Of a stretch of 64,000 nt of DNA, positions 56,861 through 64,000 are shown one piece after another; position 1 is the stretch's first letter; each line of letters begins with the position of its first letter. The DNA comes from Candidatus Parcubacteria bacterium (GTDB taxonomy: Bacteria; Patescibacteriota; Minisyncoccia; UBA6257; HR35). A model generated the notes under the pieces. It had not been told where the DNA came from. It made no database searches and was given only the letters and a program-made list of their open reading frames with translations. The DNA is taken from assembly GCA_026004495.1 (NCBI GenBank), contig BPJG01000001.1:208750-272749 (forward strand). The letters run 5' to 3'. A program made the translations under genes and the position numbers.

Positions 56861-58990
56861 TTATTTTTTTATTCCCTGTTTATTGCTAATAATATTATCA
56901 AAAAGATATTGAGGTACTTCTTGATAATTGTAAAATTCCATATAACTAAAACCTCTACCTTGGGTAAGAGATCTCAAAATTGTAACGTAGCCAAACATTT
57001 CAGCTAGAGGAACTTTAGCTAAAATTTTCTTAAGTTCACCTACATCTAAAACTTCTTCTATTTTTGCTCTTCGACTTGCTAAATCGCCAGTAATATCACC
57101 TAGAAATTCTTGTGGAGTAAAAACTTCTAATTTCATTATTGGTTCTAAAAAGATAGGATTTGCCTTTTTAACTGCATCTTTAAGAGCTATTTCAGCCGCA
57201 ATTTTAAAAGCTAAATCAGAAGAGTCGACCTCATGAAATGATCCATCAAAAAGAGTAATTTTAATATCTGTTAGGGGATAATTAGCTATAACTCCTTTTT
57301 CTATTGTTTCCCTTAATCCCTTTTCTATAGCTGGTATAAAATTATCTGGAATAATTCCACCCTTAATAGCATTAACAAACTCAAAACCTTTATTTCTTTC
57401 TAATGGATCAACCTTAATAACTACATGGCCATATTGTCCCCTACCTCCACTTTGTCTAATGTATTTTCCTTCTGCTTCTACTGTTTTAGTAATTGTTTCT
57501 CTATAAGCTACCTGAGGCATACCCACATTTGTTTCTACCCTAAATTCTCTTCTTAATCTATCAACCATAATTTCTAAATGTAATTCTCCCATTCCGCCAA
57601 TAAGAGTATCGCCTGTTTCTGGATCAACTTTAATTTTAAAAGTAGGATCTTCATCGGTTAAAGCTTTTAGGTAAATACCCATCTTTTCTTGATCTTGTTT
57701 AGTTTTAGGTTCAATTTTTAACCAAATTACAGGTTCATTGAATTTTATTGATTCGAACATAATAGGTGTTTTGGGATCGCAAATAGTATCACCGGTTTTT
57801 AAATTTTTAACTCCAACTATAGCTCCTATGTCTCCAGCAAATAATTCTTCTATTTCCTCTCGTTGATTAGCATGCATTACAACCAATCTTCCAACCCTAA
57901 ATGATTCATTTGTCCTAGTATTTAAAATTACATCACCTCTTTTTAGAACTCCAGAATAAACCCTAACATATGTTAGGGTTCCTACAAATTGATCAATTGC
58001 CAATTTAAAAATAAGAGCAGAAAATGGTTCATTGTCTGATGGTTTTAGAATTATTTCGCTATTAGTTTTAGGATCAAATCCTCTAACCTCTTCTAAATCT
58101 AGGGGTGAAGGTAAAAAATCAACTACGCCATCTAAAACCAATTGAACTCCTTTATTTTTTAAAGAAGAGCCACAATAAACAGGTATAAATTGATACTTTA
58201 TACAAGATTGCCTGATAGCTGAGCGTATATCAGATTCAGTAAAATTATCTTCTAGGTATTTATTCATAAATTCTTCATCCACTTCAGACAATTTTTCTAA
58301 CATTAATTTTCTATATTTTTCTGCTTCACTAATTAAATTATCTGGAATGGGCTTTCTAATAACAATTTCTCCTTTTTCCCCTTGAAAATCAACAATTTCC
58401 ATTCTGATTAAATCAATTAAACTACTAAAGTTTTCTTCTATGCCAACCGGAATAACTACTGGAATTGCATTTTTAGTTAACCTCTCATTGATAGACTTCA
58501 AAGAATCTTCAAAACTAGCACCCATTCTGTCAAGTTTATTAATAAAACATATTCGAGGAACATTGTATTTATCTGCTTGATGCCAAACAGTTTCTGATTG
58601 AGCTTCAACTCCTTGAACACCATCGAAAACTACAACTGCACCATCAAGAACCCTAAGAGATCTCTCAACTTCAGCTGTAAAATCTACATGTCCTGGTGTA
58701 TCTATAATATTAATCTTATATTCTTTTTGAATATTTTCTTCCTTAGTTTTAGACTTTTCCAAATAGCTTGGCGACCAAAAACAGGTTACCGAAGCTGCAG
58801 TAATTGTAATACCTCTTTCTCTTTCTTGGGGCATCCAGTCTGTTATAGTTGTTCCTTCATGAACTTCTCCAATCTTATGAGAAACTCCAGTATAATATAA
58901 AACTCTCTCAGTTGTCGTAGTTTTACCTGCATCAATATGAGCGATAATTCCAATATTTCTCGTTTTTTCAAGAGGATATAATCTTCCCAT
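56861..58990 (-). CDS. fusA: Elongation factor G
   Basis: G-domain AHIDAGKTTTTER, DTPGHVDF, NKLD; 709 aa; str operon context. Confidence 0.93.
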   Translation of the reverse strand: MGRLYPLEKTRNIGIIAHIDAGKTTTTERVLYYTGVSHKIGEVHEGTTITDWMPQERERGITITAASVTCFWSPSYLEKSKTKEENIQKEYKINIIDTPGHVDFTAEVERSLRVLDGAVVVFDGVQGVEAQSETVWHQADKYNVPRICFINKLDRMGASFEDSLKSINERLTKNAIPVVIPVGIEENFSSLIDLIRMEIVDFQGEKGEIVIRKPIPDNLISEAEKYRKLMLEKLSEVDEEFMNKYLEDNFTESDIRSAIRQSCIKYQFIPVYCGSSLKNKGVQLVLDGVVDFLPSPLDLEEVRGFDPKTNSEIILKPSDNEPFSALIFKLAIDQFVGTLTYVRVYSGVLKRGDVILNTRTNESFRVGRLVVMHANQREEIEELFAGDIGAIVGVKNLKTGDTICDPKTPIMFESIKFNEPVIWLKIEPKTKQDQEKMGIYLKALTDEDPTFKIKVDPETGDTLIGGMGELHLEIMVDRLRREFRVETNVGMPQVAYRETITKTVEAEGKYIRQSGGRGQYGHVVIKVDPLERNKGFEFVNAIKGGIIPDNFIPAIEKGLRETIEKGVIANYPLTDIKITLFDGSFHEVDSSDLAFKIAAEIALKDAVKKANPIFLEPIMKLEVFTPQEFLGDITGDLASRRAKIEEVLDVGELKKILAKVPLAEMFGYVTILRSLTQGRGFSYMEFYNYQEVPQYLFDNIISNKQGIKK

Positions 58991-58999
58991 TTTTATTAT

Positions 59000-59500
59000 T
59001 TAGTTTATTTTTTTCTTAGATTTACGACCCCACCAGGCAAAATGAGCAAAAGCTTTATTGTTTTCAGCTTGTTTTTGAATCTCTATTTTTCTTTTAATGG
59101 CATCGCCTTCATTATTATATGCAGCAATAATTTCTTCACCTAATCTAACATACATAGGTTTGCCCTTTTTATTTCTAGCTGATTCAACAATCCACTTAAC
59201 AGCTTTATAAAAACGCCTATCTGGATTAACAACCCTAGGAACCAAATAGCTAGCACCTGCTATTTTTCTTGGCCAAACTTCTACTACAGGCATAACATTT
59301 TTTAATGCCTGTTGAAAAACCTTAAAGCCATCTGAACCTGTTTTTTCTTGAATATAATTTATGGATGAATAGAAAATCTTCTGAGCTTTTATTTTTTTAC
59401 CATCTTTCATTATATTATTTACAAATCTAGTTGCAGCAATGCTATTATATATAGGATCAGCTTGCCACTTTTTTTTAATAGTTATTCTTCGTCGAGGCAT
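59000..59500 (-). CDS. rpsG: 30S ribosomal protein S7
   Basis: 166 aa; MPRRR N-terminus; str operon order S12-S7-EF-G. Confidence 0.9.
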   Translation of the reverse strand: MPRRRITIKKKWQADPIYNSIAATRFVNNIMKDGKKIKAQKIFYSSINYIQEKTGSDGFKVFQQALKNVMPVVEVWPRKIAGASYLVPRVVNPDRRFYKAVKWIVESARNKKGKPMYVRLGEEIIAAYNNEGDAIKRKIEIQKQAENNKAFAHFAWWGRKSKKKIN

Positions 59501-59910
59501 TATTTTTCTTTTTTAGTGCCATATAATGAGCGTCCCTGTTTTCTTCCTTCTACTCCCTGAGTATCATAAACACCCCTAACAATATGATAACGAACACCTG
59601 GTAAATCTTTTACCCTACCTCCTCTAACTAAAACAATTGAGTGCTCTTGTAAATTATGACCAATTCCGGGAATATAAGCAGTTACTTCTTTGCCATTACT
59701 TAATCTAACTTTAGCAACTTTTCTTAAGGCAGAATTTGGTTTTTTAGGGGTCATTGTGTAAACTCGAACACAAACTCCTCTTTTAAATGAAGAAGGTCTA
59801 TATTTTTCTTTTTTTTTCAAAGAATTAAATATATACAAAAATGCAGTAGCTCTCTTTTTAAAAACTCTTTTTTGTCTTCCTTTTCTGATTAATTGATTAA
59901 TTGTCGGCAT
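59500..59910 (-). CDS. rpsL: 30S ribosomal protein S12
   Basis: [14 protein letters not shown]-terminus; 136 aa; start-stop overlap with rpsG. Confidence 0.92.
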   Translation of the reverse strand: MPTINQLIRKGRQKRVFKKRATAFLYIFNSLKKKEKYRPSSFKRGVCVRVYTMTPKKPNSALRKVAKVRLSNGKEVTAYIPGIGHNLQEHSIVLVRGGRVKDLPGVRYHIVRGVYDTQGVEGRKQGRSLYGTKKEK

Positions 59911-60071
59911 ATTTTAAAAAAATTTTTTTATATAACAATAAAAAATTGTCAAATTTTAAAGACATTTTTTTATTTTTAAAATTGAAAGTCTTTAATTTTT
60001 ATAAACTTTCTTAAGTTCTTTAATTTATTTATTATAAATAAAGAAAAATAAAAAATCAAGAATTCTATATT

Positions 60072-61319
60072 TTAAATATTTTTTAATAAATATTTAAAGG
60101 CACTTAAACTAGTTGAGATTATTAAATAATTTTTATATATTGTCCATATTATCTTGTAATCATTATCAAAGTAAAAAATTTTATAATCTACATTTTCAAT
60201 TTTTTCGGTTAAAGAAAAATTCCTGATTAAATTTCCTTGGGGTAAAAATGAAAATATTGTTTTAATTAAATCTTTAGCTAATGTTTCTTTGTCCCATAAT
60301 CTCATAAAGGTAACTATCTGAAAATCATTAGTTATTTTGAATAATAATAAGGGAAATTTTCTAGTATGAGTATAATAAATTAAAATATAACAATCATTAT
60401 CACTTAAACTACTTTTAAAGCTATCAATAAATTTTTCTTCAATAAAAGAAGGTTTTAAAAAGTAATTTTTAATAAAAAAACAGCTTAGTGGTTCATTATT
60501 GAATAAAAAATTAATTTTATAAATCTCACCAGCTCTTTTTTGATAATTAAATAATTGTTTAAAAGATTGAGTTAAGCTTTCGTCATTAAGTTCCTTAAGA
60601 TTTACTTCTAATTCAAGAAAATTTAAATAGATAAAGCCATGGTCCTTATTTTGATTAGTTATTTCTTTTATGCCTACATCTAAAATTTGATTTTTATTAG
60701 GAGAAGCAACTTCGTTAGTTGAAGTATCCTGAGTAGAATTTATTTCGGACGAGGTAACTTGACCAACAACAGAGGATGTATTTTTATTATCATTTTTAAA
60801 AAATACGGTAATTAAATTAAGTTCATTTGAGTTTGTTGTTTTATTTTCTAATAATGTATTGGTATTAGATATTGTATTAGTTGATATCGTGGATGTAACT
60901 AATTGTTGATTTGATAAATTATTTTGTGATTGAGTATTAGTATTAGAAATAGTCAAGTTGGCAGAGGCAGTATTAAAATCTAAGGTTGATGTCTCAATAT
61001 AAGAAACCTTAAGATCTTTGGTAAAAATCTCATAAATATCTTTTCTATCATCTTTATCAGCATTTAATCTATCTGATTTATTATTTTTATAAATTAAAAA
61101 ATAATAAACCGATGATAGGCCACCTATAATGAAAATTAAGCCCAAAATAATAATAAAATAAAACTTAGGATTCTTTATTAATTTACCTTTGGTTTTTTTT
61201 ATATTTTCCTTTTCTATATTTTCCAATAGAATATTAGGGCTTTTTTCTTTATCTTGTTTTGAATCTTTTTTCAAGCCAGAGCTTATGATTTTAAATTTTA
61301 AATTTTCATTATCTTCCAT
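60072..61319 (-). CDS. Hypothetical membrane protein (S/T/N-rich extracytoplasmic region)
   Basis: 415 aa; basic N-terminus, one TM, T/S/N-rich low-complexity middle, C-terminal globular part. Confidence 0.5.
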   Translation of the reverse strand: MEDNENLKFKIISSGLKKDSKQDKEKSPNILLENIEKENIKKTKGKLIKNPKFYFIIILGLIFIIGGLSSVYYFLIYKNNKSDRLNADKDDRKDIYEIFTKDLKVSYIETSTLDFNTASANLTISNTNTQSQNNLSNQQLVTSTISTNTISNTNTLLENKTTNSNELNLITVFFKNDNKNTSSVVGQVTSSEINSTQDTSTNEVASPNKNQILDVGIKEITNQNKDHGFIYLNFLELEVNLKELNDESLTQSFKQLFNYQKRAGEIYKINFLFNNEPLSCFFIKNYFLKPSFIEEKFIDSFKSSLSDNDCYILIYYTHTRKFPLLLFKITNDFQIVTFMRLWDKETLAKDLIKTIFSFLPQGNLIRNFSLTEKIENVDYKIFYFDNDYKIIWTIYKNYLIISTSLSAFKYLLKNI

Positions 61320-61347
61320 TTATATAAATTTTTAAAAGATATTTTTT

Positions 61348-63396
61348 TTATTCATTTACTAAACTAACATATAATCTACCATCTTCATTAATTTTTTTAA
61401 TCCTTACCTTAACTATTTTGTCAATCGTATAATTATTAACTTCATTTTTAGGAATATCAGAAATATGAAGTAGGGCGGTTTTATTTAAACCTAAATCAAT
61501 TATAAAACCAAAATCTAATATTTTAACAATCTTACCCTCAAAAACATCATTGATTTTAGTATTATTAGTTGATAATTTTATTAGATTAATTGTTTTTTCA
61601 AGAGAATTTTGATCAATTGCTGTTATATAGACAGTTCCATCTTGTTTAATTTCAATTTTACTATTAGTTAAAGATATTATTTCATTTATATTCCTTCCAC
61701 CCGGTCCAATTAATAAACCAATATTATCAGGATTAACCTGATAAATCATAGCCCTAGGAACATTATCTTTCAATTCTTTTCTTGGCTCTTTAATTACTTC
61801 ATTAAATTTTTCCAAGATGAATAATCTAGCTAATTTTGCTCTTTCCAAACTTTGTTTAATAATTTCTATATTTAAACCTTCAATCTTAACATCTAGCTGA
61901 ATAGCTGTAATTCCCTTTGAAGTGCCAGCAACCTTAAAATCCATTCCTCCCCAAAAATCTTCAACCCCTTGAATATCAGTTAATAACTCATAATTTTGAT
62001 CATTTTGATAAACAATTCCTATACTAATACCTGCACACTTATTTTTTAGGGGCACTCCAGCATCTAATAAAGCTAAAGTTGAAGAACAAATACTACCCAT
62101 TGAGGTTGAACCATTAGAGGAAAGTATATCAGAAACTACTCTTATAGTATAAGGAAAATCTATTTCACTAGGTATTAAATTTTTAAGAGCCTTCTCAACC
62201 AAATTACCATGACCTATTTCTCTTCGCGATGGTGACCTAAGTGGTCCTATTTCACCAGTTGAATAAGGAGGAAAATTATAATGGTGTAAAAATCTTTTGG
62301 TACCTTCGAATTCTATTTCTCTAATTAATAAATCATCAGATGGAGAACCTAGGGTAACTGTTGATAAAACATGAGTTAGGCCTCTTTTAAAAATTGCTGA
62401 ACCATGAGCCTTGGGTAAAATATTAATATCAAAATCTATTTTTCTAATTTCATCACTTTTTCTACCATCTGGTCTAATTTTTAACTTTAAGATATTATTT
62501 TGAAAAATTAAATTAATTTTCTCTAAAACTCCTTTATAGACATAATCGAAGTTTTCAATGTTATCCCTTTCAGTTTCTAATATTTTAAAGATTTCATCAA
62601 TATTTGGCTTTTCTTTGTTGTTAAATATAAAATCTTCCAAATTAATATTAAATTTTTCTATAAACTTTTCTCCATAAGACAAGTAAGATTCTAAAAATTC
62701 TTCCTCTAAAGTAGGTTGGTATTTATTTTTAAATAAGCTAGATATCCTTTTATAAAGTTGATTTATCTTATCAATTGCTAAACTTAATGATTTAATAACA
62801 TCGTCTTCTAAAATTTCTAAGCCTTCAAATTCTATCATATTAATTTTATTTTCGATACCAGAGACGAAAATATTAAAATCACTAAATTTTTTTTCACTTT
62901 CCCTGGGATAAAAAATAAATCTATCTTCAAGCTTACAAATCTTTACCGGAATAACTGGTCCTAACCATTTATAACCTAAAAGATGAAAACCAATCGAAGA
63001 GCCTAAAAAGGCTAAAATATCAGGATCAAATTCAGGATCAAGAGATAAAACAGTATTAACAATTTGAATTTCATAGGGAAACTTTTTGATTGCCGATCTA
63101 AGACCTCTGTCAATTAATCTTGAATTTAAAATAGCTGTTTCTGAAGGCTTACCTTCTCGCCTAAAAAATCGACTCCCATAAATCTTACCCGCAGCATAAT
63201 ATTTTTCATCATAATCAACTGTTAAGGGAACAAAATCTATATTTTGTTTTTTTTCTCCAATAACAATCGTAGTTAAAACTAAGCTATCAAGACATTTTGT
63301 TAATAATGAAATATTAGCTCTTTGAGCCCAGTCATTAATTTCTAATTCAATATCAATTTTCCTAGATTCATCAAGGGTTATTAAAAATTTTTCCAT
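61348..63396 (-). CDS. pnp: Polyribonucleotide nucleotidyltransferase (PNPase)
   Basis: 682 aa; two RNase PH-like cores, KH (GxxG: IGPGGRNINEI) and C-terminal S1 domain. Confidence 0.88.
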   Translation of the reverse strand: MEKFLITLDESRKIDIELEINDWAQRANISLLTKCLDSLVLTTIVIGEKKQNIDFVPLTVDYDEKYYAAGKIYGSRFFRREGKPSETAILNSRLIDRGLRSAIKKFPYEIQIVNTVLSLDPEFDPDILAFLGSSIGFHLLGYKWLGPVIPVKICKLEDRFIFYPRESEKKFSDFNIFVSGIENKINMIEFEGLEILEDDVIKSLSLAIDKINQLYKRISSLFKNKYQPTLEEEFLESYLSYGEKFIEKFNINLEDFIFNNKEKPNIDEIFKILETERDNIENFDYVYKGVLEKINLIFQNNILKLKIRPDGRKSDEIRKIDFDINILPKAHGSAIFKRGLTHVLSTVTLGSPSDDLLIREIEFEGTKRFLHHYNFPPYSTGEIGPLRSPSRREIGHGNLVEKALKNLIPSEIDFPYTIRVVSDILSSNGSTSMGSICSSTLALLDAGVPLKNKCAGISIGIVYQNDQNYELLTDIQGVEDFWGGMDFKVAGTSKGITAIQLDVKIEGLNIEIIKQSLERAKLARLFILEKFNEVIKEPRKELKDNVPRAMIYQVNPDNIGLLIGPGGRNINEIISLTNSKIEIKQDGTVYITAIDQNSLEKTINLIKLSTNNTKINDVFEGKIVKILDFGFIIDLGLNKTALLHISDIPKNEVNNYTIDKIVKVRIKKINEDGRLYVSLVNE

Positions 63397-63412
63397 GTTA
63401 AATTGATAAAAA

Positions 63413-63919
63413 TTAAGAAATTAAAATATATTTCTTAAATTCTTCTAAATTGTAAAAATAATCAGCTAATTCTTTTAATTTTATTGATGTATTTTTAGAA
63501 AAACCAGCAATCTCAATAATATTACCCTGATTTTTAAGATATTCCACTAAGGGAACAAAATCTCCATCTCCAGTAACTAAAATAATTGTATCTGCAAATC
63601 TAGATATTCTAATGGCATCAACGGTAATACCTACATCCCAGTCAGCCTTTTTTTCGCCATCTGGCAGATGTATCATTTCTTTAATCCTTAATTCAATTCC
63701 TTTTTGAATTAATGTCTCAAAAAAAGAAATTTCTTTAGGGCTAAGATTAGATTTAACAACATAAGCTATAGCTCGAATTAAACTCCTTTCTCCTGTTAAT
63801 AATTTCACAAGGTTGGCGAAATCTATTTTTTTATTATAGAAATTTCTTGCTGAATGATATATGTTTTGAGTGTCAATAAATATAGCCACCCGTTGATTTT
63901 GATAATGAAGAGGGTTCAT
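63413..63919 (-). CDS. NYN-domain (LabA-like, PIN-related) protein
   Basis: VAIFIDTQN...ILVTGDGDF motif pattern of NYN domains; 168 aa. Confidence 0.7.
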   Translation of the reverse strand: MNPLHYQNQRVAIFIDTQNIYHSARNFYNKKIDFANLVKLLTGERSLIRAIAYVVKSNLSPKEISFFETLIQKGIELRIKEMIHLPDGEKKADWDVGITVDAIRISRFADTIILVTGDGDFVPLVEYLKNQGNIIEIAGFSKNTSIKLKELADYFYNLEEFKKYILIS

Positions 63920-64000
63920 ATTTTCAATCTTTTTTTTATTAACCTATAGCTTTCTACAGATTTTTTCTCTAAATACTTCAAAAGCCTTCTTCTTTTAACA

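Noticed and set aside
938-58900. Twenty short ORFs (60-100 aa) from the six-frame track lying antisense to or inside larger genes: 938..1135, 3936..4127, 5618..5803, 7263..7499, 14431..14664, 16479..16661, 17460..17657, 17889..18164, 19028..19312, 23046..23234, 27441..27638, 29478..29726, 32287..32499, 37613..37855, 40290..40487, 40505..40705, 43060..43266, 49249..49431, 54664..54858, 58598..58900
   Set aside because: All overlap well-supported genes on the opposite strand or in another frame, have no motifs, and are the expected by-product of low-GC sequence with stop-poor antisense frames.

Overview
AT-rich (about 30% GC) window with tightly packed, mostly minus-strand genes and many reduced protein sizes, consistent with a CPR/Patescibacteria-like bacterium using the standard genetic code (TGA is a stop). 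Core information-processing genes found: rplK, nusG, trmD, a KH-domain protein, alaS (catalytic half only), mnmA, topA, rplT, metG, murC, ftsW/rodA, rnc, nusB, rpmF, ndk, tyrS, rnj, fusA, rpsG, rpsL and pnp. RNA genes found: tRNA-Glu(CUC), tRNA-Met/Ile2(CAU), tRNA-Leu(CAG) and an RNase P RNA (rnpB) hidden under an over-called ndk N-terminus. Accessory content: (1) two tandem giant proteins (1080 and 1940 aa) whose N-termini are canonical prepilin (GspG/ComGC-like pseudopilin) domains fused to FN3 and beta-propeller repeat arrays. A T4CP-like ATPase next to nusG and three small pseudopilin genes inside the str operon may belong to the same surface system. (2) A ~13 kb surface-glycan island (30.1-43.0 kb) with GT1/GT2 glycosyltransferases, two FkbM plus one class I methyltransferase, an AsnB-like amidotransferase, NDP-sugar dehydrogenases and a GDP-mannose 3,5-epimerase homologue. 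(3) A decaying toxin-antitoxin island (43.0-46.4 kb): intact RelE pair, frameshifted VapBC, an AbrB-like antitoxin with an in-frame TGA, and a nonsense/frameshifted HepT-MNT pair. (4) Cupredoxin-domain proteins (one with a full type-1 copper ligand set) plus Fe/Mn superoxide dismutase. (5) A divergent pair of dockerin-repeat secreted proteins. No CRISPR, integrase or transposase seen.
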